A stretch of DNA of 43,546 bases from an uncultured Ignavibacteriales bacterium. GTDB taxonomy: Bacteria > Zixibacteria > MSB-5A5 > GN15 > JAAZOE01. A program made the translations under genes and the position numbers. A model generated the notes under the pieces. The model was not told the DNA's origin. It searched no databases and worked only from the letters and a program-made list of their open reading frames with translations. The stretch is taken from positions 1 through 43,546 of the forward strand of contig CAZSYD010000017.1 of NCBI GenBank assembly GCA_964611355.1, read 5' to 3'. Below are positions 18,590 to 28,837 of the stretch, piece after piece; positions within the stretch are counted from its first letter, which is position 1, and each line of letters opens with the position of its first letter.

Positions 18590-21064
18590 ATGAATGAGAT
18601 GTTTACCGAGCTGGCCCGCAAATCTATCGAATACGCCCGGGATGAAGCGGCACGGTTGCGCCATGATTATATCGGGACCGAACATCTTCTCCTGGGATTG
18701 ATTCGCCTGGGCGACGGCCACGCTGCCGAGATTATTGCCAATCTGGGTCTTGATCTCAACGACCTTAAGGCCGCCATCGAAGAGGTCGTCCAGCCATCCG
18801 GCGGCACCATGACAATGGGACAGCTCCCCCTGACGGCCCGGGCCAAGAAGACACTGGAAATCTCCGGTCAGGAAGCCCGGGCCCTCAAGTCCAAAGACAT
18901 TGATACCGAGCATATTCTTCTGGCTCTCCTCAAGGATGAAGAAGGGGTAGCCTCCCAAGTACTTTCGATGTTCGAAATCGACTACAAGGAAGTCTACGAC
19001 GAGATTCGCAATATAGACTCCGGCAAGCCGTCCTCGTTCAAACGAAAACGGCGCAAATCAAAAACCCCGGCACTCGACCACTTCGGCCGCGACCTGACGG
19101 AAATGGCCCGGCGGGCGCTCCTCGACCCGATTATCGGCCGACAAAACGAGATCCAGCGGGTAACGCAGATTCTATCGCGCCGCAAAAAGAACAACCCTGT
19201 TCTAATCGGCGAACCGGGCGTTGGAAAAACCGCCATCGTTGAAGGTCTGGCTCAGCAGATCGTAGCCAACAAAGTTCCCCAAACGCTGGAAAACAAGCGG
19301 GTAGTTACTCTGGATATGGCTTCTCTGGTGGCCGGGACAAAATACCGGGGGCAGTTCGAGGAACGGCTCAAATCGGTCATGACCGAAATCATGAACTCCA
19401 AGGATGTAATCATCTTTATTGACGAGCTGCACACTATCGTCGGAGCGGGCGGCGCCGAGGGGTCGCTCGACGCTTCCAATATTTTCAAACCGTCGCTTTC
19501 GCGTGGCGAACTCCAGTGCGTCGGAGCTACGACACTCAACGAGTACCGCAAATATATCGAAAAAGACGGCGCCCTGGAACGCCGTTTCCAGATGGTCATG
19601 GTCGATCAGCCAAACGAGGAAGAAACTACCAGGATTCTGGAAGGTCTCCGACCCAAATACGAGGAACACCATCGGATAAAGATTTCCGACGAGGCTATTG
19701 AGGCGGCGGTTAAACTCTCCACTCGGTACATTTCCGGCAAGTTCCAGCCGGATAATGCCATCGACGTAATGGACGAAGCCGGTTCCCGGGCGCATCTGGC
19801 TTCATATACAAAGCCCAAAGAATTCGGCGAACTGGAAAACGAAATCGCCGACCTGATCGTTAAAAAGGAAGAGGCGGTTAAAAGCCAGGCTTTTGAAACG
19901 GCGGCCCGCTACCGCGACGAAGTGAAATTCAAGAAGGAAAAGCTGGCCGAAATGCAAAAGGAATGGGAACTGCAACGCGAAAAGGAGCAGATTGAACTGA
20001 ACGCGGAAGATATAGCCCAGGTTGTATCCAGCGTAACCGGCATCCCGCTTTTCCGGCTCGAAGAGAAAGAATCAAAACGGCTATTACGGATGGAAGAAAG
20101 CCTCAAGGAACGCATCGTCGGGCAGGGTGAAGCGATTTCAGTTATCACACGCGCCATCCGCCGCGCCCGTGCCGGTCTGGGCGATCCCCGACGGCCAATC
20201 GGGTCGTTTTTATTCCTCGGGCCGACAGGCGTCGGCAAGACCGAACTGGCCCGCCAACTGGCCCAGTTCCTGTTTGAGGATATTGAATCGCTCATCCGCA
20301 TCGATATGTCCGAGTATATGGAAAAATTCGCCGTCTCCCGTCTGATCGGCGCCCCCCCGGGATACGTCGGCTATGAAGAAGGCGGTCAGCTTACCGAAAG
20401 GGTGCGTCGCAAGCCGTACTCGGTAGTTCTTCTCGACGAAATCGAAAAGGCTCACACCGAAGTATTCAACATCCTTCTGCAGCTTATGGACGACGGCCAA
20501 CTGACCGACAGCTTTGGCCGTAAAGTTGATTTCAAAAACACCGTGGTCATTATGACCTCCAATATCGGCACCCGTCAGATCGGCGAGCAGAAATCAGTCG
20601 GATTCGACAAAGTTGAAGTCCAGGCCGACTATGAAAGCATGAAAAAGAAGATCACAGACGAGGTAAAAAAGCTTTTTAATCCGGAACTTCTCAACCGAAT
20701 CGACGAAACGGTGATCTTCCGCGCGCTGACGCTCGATCATATCAAGCAGATTATCGACATTCTGCTGGTTGATCTGGCCAACCGTCTGGCGGAAAAGGGC
20801 GTTTCGTTCAACCTGACCAAGGAAGGTAAACACTGGTTGGCGCAAAAAGGATTCGAACCGGCATTCGGGGCCCGGCCGCTCAAGCGGGCTATTCAAAAAT
20901 ATCTGGAAGATCCGCTGGCCGAAGAAATACTGCGCGGGCAATATGCCGGCGATTGCGAACTGGAGATAACCGCCAATGAAGAGGAAGACGGCCTGAAATT
21001 CAATTTCCGTCAGGGCGAAAAAGCGGCTGAACCGACCAAGGAGACAGGGCAGGTTAATTCATAA
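18590..21064 (+). CDS. clpC: ATP-dependent Clp protease ATPase subunit
   Basis: Double Clp-N repeat (TEH x2), [11 protein letters not shown]-type middle domain, [21 protein letters not shown]. Confidence 0.96.
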   Translation: MNEMFTELARKSIEYARDEAARLRHDYIGTEHLLLGLIRLGDGHAAEIIANLGLDLNDLKAAIEEVVQPSGGTMTMGQLPLTARAKKTLEISGQEARALKSKDIDTEHILLALLKDEEGVASQVLSMFEIDYKEVYDEIRNIDSGKPSSFKRKRRKSKTPALDHFGRDLTEMARRALLDPIIGRQNEIQRVTQILSRRKKNNPVLIGEPGVGKTAIVEGLAQQIVANKVPQTLENKRVVTLDMASLVAGTKYRGQFEERLKSVMTEIMNSKDVIIFIDELHTIVGAGGAEGSLDASNIFKPSLSRGELQCVGATTLNEYRKYIEKDGALERRFQMVMVDQPNEEETTRILEGLRPKYEEHHRIKISDEAIEAAVKLSTRYISGKFQPDNAIDVMDEAGSRAHLASYTKPKEFGELENEIADLIVKKEEAVKSQAFETAARYRDEVKFKKEKLAEMQKEWELQREKEQIELNAEDIAQVVSSVTGIPLFRLEEKESKRLLRMEESLKERIVGQGEAISVITRAIRRARAGLGDPRRPIGSFLFLGPTGVGKTELARQLAQFLFEDIESLIRIDMSEYMEKFAVSRLIGAPPGYVGYEEGGQLTERVRRKPYSVVLLDEIEKAHTEVFNILLQLMDDGQLTDSFGRKVDFKNTVVIMTSNIGTRQIGEQKSVGFDKVEVQADYESMKKKITDEVKKLFNPELLNRIDETVIFRALTLDHIKQIIDILLVDLANRLAEKGVSFNLTKEGKHWLAQKGFEPAFGARPLKRAIQKYLEDPLAEEILRGQYAGDCELEITANEEEDGLKFNFRQGEKAAEPTKETGQVNS

Positions 21065-21247
21065 TATCACTGCCGCAGGCAAGCCCGTACGAGAAACAGG
21101 ATGGGGCGCCGTTGCCATCTGAGATGAATTAAATGGCCTCAATTTCCGCTTGCTTTCTTGAGAATAATGATTAGTATATAAAGTTGAGCCTCAAAATCGA
21201 TAGCTTCTATGGCACCAGTGTAGGCAGGAAAGGCAGGAAATAAAGAT

Positions 21248-21499
21248 ATGGCTCATAAAAAAGGTGTTGGATCTTCAAAGAACGGCCGCGACAGCCAGGG
21301 CCAGAGGCGAGGTATCAAGGTTTACGGCGGCCAGGCCATACCGGCCGGAACGATAATAGTCCGCCAGTGCGGTTCCAAAATCCTTCCCGGTGATAATGTT
21401 GGCGTCGGCAGGGACTGGACGATTTTTTCCAAAATCACCGGCGTAGTTAAATACGAACGGGTCGGCAAAAGCCGCACCAAGGTTTCGGTGGTCGAATAG
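21248..21499 (+). CDS. rpmA: 50S ribosomal protein L27
   Basis: [25 protein letters not shown]. Confidence 0.97.
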   Translation: MAHKKGVGSSKNGRDSQGQRRGIKVYGGQAIPAGTIIVRQCGSKILPGDNVGVGRDWTIFSKITGVVKYERVGKSRTKVSVVE

Positions 21500-21528
21500 C
21501 TGATATATCTCAAAGATAGAATCTCTTG

Positions 21529-21553
21529 AAGCCCCCTATTGAGGGGCTTTTTT
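21529..21553 (+). terminator. Intrinsic terminator after rpmA
   Basis: AAGCCCC-CTATTGA-GGGGCTT plus TTTT. Confidence 0.8.
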
Positions 21554-21715
21554 GTTGGACGCCAAGGCTCCGAGTTTTTCATTCCGCTCCATTCGGGGCC
21601 ATATTTAGGGGTTTATATTAAATAACACGGCTGATTTTTGCGCATATTGCTATTGATCCTTTTATCCGAAAATATATATAGCATTGTTTGATTAGTTTAG
21701 GTTTATCAAGAACCT

Positions 21716-22561
21716 ATGATAAACGTCAAGCCGTTTATAGAACTGGGGCAGCAAAAACTGGCTCCTTATCTTTCGGGAATAAGTCAATTCGTCGAGCATC
21801 CAGAAAAGCATCCCAAATATGGCAGCCCGGCCCTTCGGAGAAAACCGCCGGAGATTTACCTTCGTAATATGCTGGCCGTAGGTGTTCTAAGTAAGTTGAA
21901 TCGAAGAGCTTTTCTGGAAACGAAAAGTTGCATTATCGTCCTGCCCGATTGCCTTAAAAACTACGGCGGCTGGACCTGCTCCAAAGATGATCCCGGCAAT
22001 GCGCCGGAATGTATGCAGTGCAATCCCGATTGTCTTGTCTTCAAATCGATGGAACGATTCGCCGATAACCGCACCGGTATTTTTCTGGAACCGGAAAACT
22101 TGAAAAAATTCTTTGAGGATATTATCAGGCAAAACGGCACAGTCGGGGTAGTGGGCGTAGCCTGCATGCTCACGCTCCTATCGGGTTTTAAGACGACGCT
22201 GTCTTTGAAGCTTCCGACGCAGGGGGTCTTTCTAAACTATGCCAGTTGCGGCCATCACTGGGCCGATCCACCGTATAATACCAGCTACAGCTTCAGAAGA
22301 ATGGCCCGGATTCTGGACAAAAACAATAACCGCAGCTGTCAACCGGATAGATTCTCGGGACGGGGCGAAACTTATTCACTGGAACGCTCACCCAACTCGC
22401 CGGATGATTTCTACCGCCGACTTGATGAACTGGCAACCGTATTTGAAAAAGATTACCTCCCCTGCTTTTATAATAATCAGCCCGATGCCGATTTGTATGC
22501 TATTTCTCTTAAGGTTCTCAATGCCATAGTACCCGATTTAATCACCCGCGATTCCGCCTGA
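21716..22561 (+). CDS. DUF116-family Cys-rich protein
   Basis: VLPDCL, CxxC..xC cluster (CMQCNPDC), GVVGVAC, QGVFL...C. Confidence 0.7.
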   Translation: MINVKPFIELGQQKLAPYLSGISQFVEHPEKHPKYGSPALRRKPPEIYLRNMLAVGVLSKLNRRAFLETKSCIIVLPDCLKNYGGWTCSKDDPGNAPECMQCNPDCLVFKSMERFADNRTGIFLEPENLKKFFEDIIRQNGTVGVVGVACMLTLLSGFKTTLSLKLPTQGVFLNYASCGHHWADPPYNTSYSFRRMARILDKNNNRSCQPDRFSGRGETYSLERSPNSPDDFYRRLDELATVFEKDYLPCFYNNQPDADLYAISLKVLNAIVPDLITRDSA

Positions 22562-22579
22562 TATACCGGGCAAAACCGC

Positions 22580-22608
22580 TTGTCTCGTCTCTATTTCTTC
22601 TCTACATT
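22580..22608 (+). promoter_or_regulatory. sigma70-type promoter for the peptidase gene
   Basis: TTGTCT-N17-TACATT, then AAAAGGAG SD before ATG 22657. Confidence 0.5.
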
Positions 22609-22656
22609 AACCTAACTAAAAGCCTGCCAATCAAGTCACGACAAAAAGGAGCTATC

Positions 22657-24615
22657 ATGTATATAAACGTAAAAGACCAATCCCGGGTTAAGGAAACCCT
22701 GATAAAGGAACATGGCGAAGGCATGAGGAGCCGAATCGAACGGGGCGTTAGCCAGGTCGCCGGTCTCTGGACGGAGAAAGACGGAACCGCTGACGATTTT
22801 GCGGCCTTCTGCAAAAAACATTTCATCGCCGATCAGCTGGAACTTGACGAAACTTTTGACCGGCTCGACAGGGTGTTCGAAGGCGTTGACGGTCACTTTA
22901 ACGCCATGCTGTATTATCTCCGGGAAAATATTGATCTTGACCTCGGACAACTCAGGCCGATCGATACGGCCCTGGGCGAATACGACCCGTCGGCACACCT
23001 GACCGACGATCTCTTTGAAAATAAAATCGCCTTTGTTGTTTTGTTGAATTTTCCACAATACAGTCTTGAGGAAAAGCGTAAATCGGGTCCGGGTTGGTCA
23101 CCGCGCCAGTGGGCTTTTGTTAGAATGAGCGATATTTTCCGGTCGCGCGTGCCGGCGACAATCAATCAGGAGTTGACAAAAGTCATCACCGCCGCCGAGA
23201 CCTACATTGCGGAATACAATATCTACATGGAAAACCTGCTCGACCGTCAAAACCGTCCTCTCTTCCCCAAAGGCCTCAGACTTATCAGCCACTGGGGCTT
23301 GCGCGATGAGTTAAAAAGCCATTACAGGCAAAAAAACGGATTGGCCCGACAGGAACTAATCTACGAAGTCATGCGCCGGATCGTCACCCAGGAAATTCCG
23401 GCCGATATTATTAACAATCCCAAGGCGAAATGGAATCCGTTCGACAACACCGTATATAACCCCGCTTCGGTTAGACCGGTCACGACTGAACCCGATAGCC
23501 GTTACCGGCACATTCTCGATATCTTCCACGTAATGCAAAAGGTTGACCCATATTTTCCGGCCTATCCGACATATATCAAAAGAAAATTCGAGCTTCAGCG
23601 GGAAATGACCGAAGCCGAAGTGGAAAGTCTGTTCGTCAAATGTCTTTTATCGGCGCAGATGAAAAAAGTCGCCGCATTGATAAGAAAGCGTCTTGGCCGG
23701 AGTCTGCGGCCGTTTGATATCTGGTATGACGGCTTTAGGCCACGCGGTTCAATAAACGAATCGGAACTTGACCGGATCGTATCGGAAAAGTATCCGGGCG
23801 CTGACGCCTTCGCCGATGATATGCAAAATATCCTGGTAAAGCTTGGTTTTTCCGCCGATCAGGCTTCGTTTATCGCTCCTAAAATCATCGTCGATCCGTC
23901 TCGCGGGGCCGGTCACGCGTGGGGAGCCGAAATGAAATCCGAGCGGTCCCGCCTGCGCACCAGAGTGCCGAAAGACGGCATGAATTACAAAGGGTATAAT
24001 ATCGCCATCCATGAATTCGGCCACAACGTGGAACAGACCCTCTCGCTTCACAAGGTCGATTATCACATGATTCGCGGCGTTCCTTCTTCGGCTTTTTCCG
24101 AAGCGTTTGCTTTTATTTTTCAGAGCAGCGACCTTGAGCTTTTGGGAATAAAAAACGACGATCCCAACGCAGTCCATCTCAACGCCCTGGATCGTTTTTG
24201 GGGGACTTGCGAGATTATGGGTGTGGCGCTGGTTGATATGAAAGTCTGGAGATGGCTTTACAAGTATCCGGAAGCCGGAACGGCCGATCTGAAAAAGGCA
24301 GTCATTGATATCTCTCGAGAAATCTGGAATAAACACTTTGCAGAAATATTCGGCAGCCGCGACGAGGTAATCCTGGCAATTTATTCGCACATGGTCGGCT
24401 ATCCGCTCTATCTGGCGGAATACCCGATTGGACATATCATCGAGTTTCAGGTTAAAGAGTATATTGAAGGTAAAAAGCTCGGCGCTGAAATGGAACGGGT
24501 ATGCTCCGCCGGTAACATAATTCCTCAACTATGGATGAAAAACGCCGTTGATTCCGATATTTCAGTCGCGCCGATGCTTGAAGCGATCAATAAGGCAATT
24601 GAAGTTATTGCCTGA
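22657..24615 (+). CDS. Putative zinc metallopeptidase, gluzincin (M3/M2/M32-like fold)
   Basis: IAIHEFGH zinc motif, downstream third-ligand-like AFSEAFAF, late H....PLY...Y segment; no signal peptide. Confidence 0.7.
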   Translation: MYINVKDQSRVKETLIKEHGEGMRSRIERGVSQVAGLWTEKDGTADDFAAFCKKHFIADQLELDETFDRLDRVFEGVDGHFNAMLYYLRENIDLDLGQLRPIDTALGEYDPSAHLTDDLFENKIAFVVLLNFPQYSLEEKRKSGPGWSPRQWAFVRMSDIFRSRVPATINQELTKVITAAETYIAEYNIYMENLLDRQNRPLFPKGLRLISHWGLRDELKSHYRQKNGLARQELIYEVMRRIVTQEIPADIINNPKAKWNPFDNTVYNPASVRPVTTEPDSRYRHILDIFHVMQKVDPYFPAYPTYIKRKFELQREMTEAEVESLFVKCLLSAQMKKVAALIRKRLGRSLRPFDIWYDGFRPRGSINESELDRIVSEKYPGADAFADDMQNILVKLGFSADQASFIAPKIIVDPSRGAGHAWGAEMKSERSRLRTRVPKDGMNYKGYNIAIHEFGHNVEQTLSLHKVDYHMIRGVPSSAFSEAFAFIFQSSDLELLGIKNDDPNAVHLNALDRFWGTCEIMGVALVDMKVWRWLYKYPEAGTADLKKAVIDISREIWNKHFAEIFGSRDEVILAIYSHMVGYPLYLAEYPIGHIIEFQVKEYIEGKKLGAEMERVCSAGNIIPQLWMKNAVDSDISVAPMLEAINKAIEVIA

Positions 24616-24623
24616 GCCGACAT

Positions 24624-24759
24624 TGTCCGCTCAGGTACATCTGGCCGATATGGTACATATGAAAGACACAGAAGGGATTTTTTTAGATTCCGCAATCTAT
24701 TGTAAAACAAGCCATTGTGCGGCATGTGGCGAAATCCGTCATTCGGCACGATTCTTGAG
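24624..24759 (+). promoter_or_regulatory. Candidate sigma54 promoter for serpins 1-3 with tandem UAS and IHF site
   Basis: TGT-N10-ACA (24624-39), TGG-N10-ACA (24642-57), AAACAA-N4-TTG (24705-17), CGGCACG-ATTC-TTGAG (24744-59). Confidence 0.55.
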
Positions 24760-24847
24760 ACAATAATCCTCAGGAGGACTTTGCCCATGGATAGGCCATA
24801 GAAGGTTATCATCCTAATCCTGACTATTACCCTATAGGGAGGGGAGC

Positions 24848-26110
24848 ATGCGTAAATTTCTTTTAGCGTTTCTTATAATCTCATTCGGCTTTTTGTCGCT
24901 TCAATGCTCAAAATCAACATCACCACCCAATCCAACGCCTGAACCGTCACCGGGCAATCTCACCGGAGCGGAAAAGAGTCTGATCGAATCTTCCAACCGG
25001 TTCGGCCTTAAATTATTCAGGCAAATCGCGGCGGGCGAGGATGCGGACAGCAATATATTTATTTCTCCCCTGTCGGTTTCGTTTGCGCTGGGGATGACCT
25101 ATAACGGCTCGGCCAATGAGACGCGTGAAGCGATGGCGAGGACTCTGGAATTGTCCGGTCTTACGATTGAGGAAGCGAACCGGTCATACCGAAATGTGAT
25201 TGACCTCCTCACCCAACTTGACCCGATCGTGGCAATGAAGATCGCCAACTCAATCTGGTACAAGACCAGACTCCCGGTAAAACCGGATTTCATCGAATTG
25301 AACCGGACCTATTTCGACGCCCTGGTGCGGGAGATTAACTTCAGCGCCGACTGGGCGGCCGATACTATCAATCATTGGGTGGACGTCAACACCAACGGGA
25401 AAATCGAAAAAATCGTCAAATCGCCGATTCCGCCGGAGATGGTAATGTACCTGATTAACGCCGTCTATTTCAAAGGCGCGTGGACTATTCCTTTCGATAC
25501 AGGGCTGACCATGCAGGCACCTTTCTACCTCAGGGACGGGAGTTCCAAATTGCGCGACTTTATGCTCACCGACACAACCTTCGAATATTGCGAAAACGAT
25601 CTTTTCCAGGCCATTGACATACCGTACGGTAAAAAAGATTTCAGCATGACTATTTTTCTTCCAAAAACGACGACTACGGCGGATGATCTGATAATGGAAA
25701 TGACCGATGAAAACTGGGCCGCCTGGCTGGGCAGTTTTGCCGAACGCAACGTCCGACTTTCGCTGCCGAAGTTCAAGTTTAAATACAAGAAAAGCTTAAA
25801 CGAAATCCTTCAGGCGCTTGGCATGGAAATCGCCTTTGATCCGTACGGGGCCGATTTCGGTAACATGGCTTTCATGGATTCACTAATCGGAAATCTTTAC
25901 ATCAGTGAGGTTATGCACAAAACCTTTGTGCGGGTTGACGAGGAAGGAACCGAGGCGGCGGCCGTTACCAGTGTCGGCATGGGCATAACTTCGGTCAATC
26001 CCGACCCGATTATGATTATCAATCGGCCGTTTGTGTTTGTTATTGGCGAGCATGAATCGGGGACAATACTCTTCATGGGTAAGGTCGGCGATCCGGTCTG
26101 GGAAAAATAG
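24848..26110 (+). CDS. Serpin 1, lipoprotein
   Basis: LSLQC lipobox-like, NIFISPLS, INAVYFKG.W, LPKFK, hinge EEGTEAAAVT, NRPF.F.I, ILFMGKV..P. Confidence 0.96.
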   Translation: MRKFLLAFLIISFGFLSLQCSKSTSPPNPTPEPSPGNLTGAEKSLIESSNRFGLKLFRQIAAGEDADSNIFISPLSVSFALGMTYNGSANETREAMARTLELSGLTIEEANRSYRNVIDLLTQLDPIVAMKIANSIWYKTRLPVKPDFIELNRTYFDALVREINFSADWAADTINHWVDVNTNGKIEKIVKSPIPPEMVMYLINAVYFKGAWTIPFDTGLTMQAPFYLRDGSSKLRDFMLTDTTFEYCENDLFQAIDIPYGKKDFSMTIFLPKTTTTADDLIMEMTDENWAAWLGSFAERNVRLSLPKFKFKYKKSLNEILQALGMEIAFDPYGADFGNMAFMDSLIGNLYISEVMHKTFVRVDEEGTEAAAVTSVGMGITSVNPDPIMIINRPFVFVIGEHESGTILFMGKVGDPVWEK

Positions 26111-26141
26111 AGGGTCTGAAAGAAAGGAAAGGTAATAAATT

Positions 26142-27395
26142 ATGCGCAGGTTCTTATTCTTTATACTCATTCCGGCGGTTGGCCTTATATGCCTGCAATG
26201 TTCCAAATCAACCGAACCGGAAGGACCGGGCCCGCCGGTTTATCGAACACCGGCCGAATTGACAACTGCTGAAAAAAACCTGGTCGAATCTTCCAATCAG
26301 TTCAGCTTCAAACTATTTCGCGAAATAACCGATCGCGAAGATCCGGACAGCAATATCTTTATTTCCCCCTTGTCAGTATCCTACGCTTTAGCGATTGCCT
26401 ATAACGGAGCAGACGGCGAAACCCGCGACCAGATGGCGGACGCTATGGAAATAAACGGTTTGTCAATCGAAGAACTGAATCTATCGTATCGCGGACTGAC
26501 CGATATCCTGACTTACCTCGACCCGAACGTAATCTTCAACATCGCCAATTCTATCTGGTACCGTAAATATCCGCCCAAAGAAATCGTGCCGTCTTTTATA
26601 GAAACGAGTCAAGCCTATTACGATGCGCTTGTCAGAGAGATCGACTTTCAGGCTCCCTGGGCGGCCGATACGATCAACAATTGGGTTTATCAAAATACCA
26701 ACGGCAAAATCGACGAGATTATCAAGCCGCCGATTCCAATCGACCTGGTTATGATCCTTATGAACGCCATCTATTTCAACGGAGCCTGGAGCCATCTGTT
26801 CGACAGCGCCGAAACCTGCGACGCCACGTTTACGCTCCGCGACGGCTCGACAACTGCCTGCCGAATGATGACCCGCGAAGATACGGTTAAATATTTTTCA
26901 AACGAACTGCTTCAGGCAATCGATCTGCCTTACGGCGACGGGTCATTCAGTATGACCGTGCTGCTTCCCAAACCACCGGTAACCGTCGATGATCTGATCG
27001 GCGAGATGACCGACGAGAACTGGACGGCCTGGTTGGCGAGCTTTTCCGACGTGGAGATGCAAATCGGCCTTCCCAAATTCAAGTTCGAGTACGAAACCGG
27101 TCTGGACAGCATGCTGGTAGCGATGGGGATTAAAAAGGCTTTCATTCCATACGCCGCCGAATTCTACAACATGTTTGCCGACAGTGTCGGCTGGATCGAC
27201 ACGGTTAAACATAAGACTTTTATTCAGGTTGACGAAAACGGCACGGAAGCGGCCGCGGTTACGATTATTATCTTCTTCGATTCAATGCCGGATAACATGA
27301 TCGTTGATCGGCCGTTTCTTTTTGTCATCCATGAACACGAATCGAAAACGATCTTGTTTATGAGCAAAGTCGCTAACCCGGTCTGGGCGGAATAG
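26142..27395 (+). CDS. Serpin 2, lipoprotein
   Basis: ICLQC, NIFISPLS, NAIYFNG.W, hinge ENGTEAAAVT, DRPFLF.I. Confidence 0.96.
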   Translation: MRRFLFFILIPAVGLICLQCSKSTEPEGPGPPVYRTPAELTTAEKNLVESSNQFSFKLFREITDREDPDSNIFISPLSVSYALAIAYNGADGETRDQMADAMEINGLSIEELNLSYRGLTDILTYLDPNVIFNIANSIWYRKYPPKEIVPSFIETSQAYYDALVREIDFQAPWAADTINNWVYQNTNGKIDEIIKPPIPIDLVMILMNAIYFNGAWSHLFDSAETCDATFTLRDGSTTACRMMTREDTVKYFSNELLQAIDLPYGDGSFSMTVLLPKPPVTVDDLIGEMTDENWTAWLASFSDVEMQIGLPKFKFEYETGLDSMLVAMGIKKAFIPYAAEFYNMFADSVGWIDTVKHKTFIQVDENGTEAAAVTIIIFFDSMPDNMIVDRPFLFVIHEHESKTILFMSKVANPVWAE

Positions 27396-27426
27396 CATGC
27401 TTTTGTAAAGCGAAAGGTGGCAAACT

Positions 27427-28671
27427 ATGCGAAGGTTATTTTTTATTATTCTTATTCTTTCGGTCGGCTTGATATGCCTGCAATGTTCCAAATCAACCGA
27501 GCCGGAAGAACAAGACCCACCGGTTTATCGAATGCCGGCCGACCTTACGGTCGCCGAAAAAAGCCTTGTCGAATCTGCCAATCGATTCAGCTTTAAGCTC
27601 TTCCGGGAAATCGCCCTCGGCGAAGACCCCGACAGCAATATCTTTATTTCCCCCCTGTCGGTTTCGTATGCACTCGGCATGACCTACAACGGCGCCGCCG
27701 GTGAAACGCGCGAAGCGATGGCGCAAACGCTTGAACTGGCCGGGCTGTCGGTTGAGGAAATAAATAAATCGTATCAGGGCTTAACCGACATATTAATTCA
27801 CCTCGATCCGTCGGTAACCATGAATATCGCCAATTCGATATGGTACCGAGAAGGCGAAGCGGTCATACCGGAATTTATCGCGTTGAACCAGACTTATTTT
27901 GATGCCTTAATCAGAGAAATTAATTTCAACCTGCCCGAGACGGTCGATACTATCAATGCCTGGGTTAATGAAAAAACCAACGGCAGAATTGAAGAGATAA
28001 TAAAACCGCCCATCGACCGCGGAGCGGTCATGTACCTGATCAACGCCATATATTTCAAGGGAAACTGGACCGAGCCATTCGACCCGGAAGACAACTTCGA
28101 TACCGTATTTTATCTTCCGGACGGTTCCGAGACCGACTGCACCATAATGTACAAGGATACCAACCTGTACTACTGCGAAAACGGTTATTTCCAGGCTGTC
28201 GATCTGCCTTACGGAGACCAAGCTTTCAGTATGACTCTTTTTCTCCCCAAGCCGCCTTACACCGTTGACAGTATCGCCGAACTGCTGACCGAAGATAACT
28301 GGGAAAGCTGGATAAACGGCTTTGCCGGACTGCGGGTTCAACTCGGCATGCCGAAATTCAAGTTCAGCTATGACGCTGCCCTCAATAAAGTCTTAAAGAC
28401 GCTGGGAATGGAAATCGCCTTTGATCCGGGCAAAGCCGATTTTACCAACATGATAGAAGACGGTGGTATCTGGATCGATAGTGTCCTGCACAAAACTTTC
28501 ATTCAGGTGGATGAAGAAGGTACCGAAGCGGCCGCCGTGACTTTAGTTGAAATGATTCGAGCATTGCCGCGGATAATTGTCAATCGCTCCTTCCTGTTTG
28601 TTATCCGCGAGCATGAGTCGGGAACGATCCTTTTTATGGGCAAAATAGTCAACCCGGTCTGGCGGGACTGA
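27427..28671 (+). CDS. Serpin 3, lipoprotein
   Basis: ICLQC, NIFISPLS, INAIYFKG.W, hinge EEGTEAAAVT, NRSFLF.I. Confidence 0.96.
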   Translation: MRRLFFIILILSVGLICLQCSKSTEPEEQDPPVYRMPADLTVAEKSLVESANRFSFKLFREIALGEDPDSNIFISPLSVSYALGMTYNGAAGETREAMAQTLELAGLSVEEINKSYQGLTDILIHLDPSVTMNIANSIWYREGEAVIPEFIALNQTYFDALIREINFNLPETVDTINAWVNEKTNGRIEEIIKPPIDRGAVMYLINAIYFKGNWTEPFDPEDNFDTVFYLPDGSETDCTIMYKDTNLYYCENGYFQAVDLPYGDQAFSMTLFLPKPPYTVDSIAELLTEDNWESWINGFAGLRVQLGMPKFKFSYDAALNKVLKTLGMEIAFDPGKADFTNMIEDGGIWIDSVLHKTFIQVDEEGTEAAAVTLVEMIRALPRIIVNRSFLFVIREHESGTILFMGKIVNPVWRD

Positions 28672-28707
28672 CACCTCTCAATCTCTATCTTGTGCTCGGG
28701 AAACAGG

Positions 28708-28735
28708 AAAAAGCCCCTCGGCTGAGGGGCTTTTT
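28708..28735 (+). terminator. Intrinsic terminator after serpin 3
   Basis: AAAAA-GCCCCTC-GGCT-GAGGGGC-TTTTT. Confidence 0.85.
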
Positions 28736-28837
28736 ATCTATCTTATTCCGGCCGTAGAAATCCTTATATTTATCCGGAAGAAAAACTCGTCAATATTGTA
28801 GAATATTAAAAACAACGATTAATGAAGGAGCGGTATC

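Noticed and set aside
23749..24528. 259-aa minus-strand ORF
   Set aside because: Antisense to the HExxH peptidase; no motifs.
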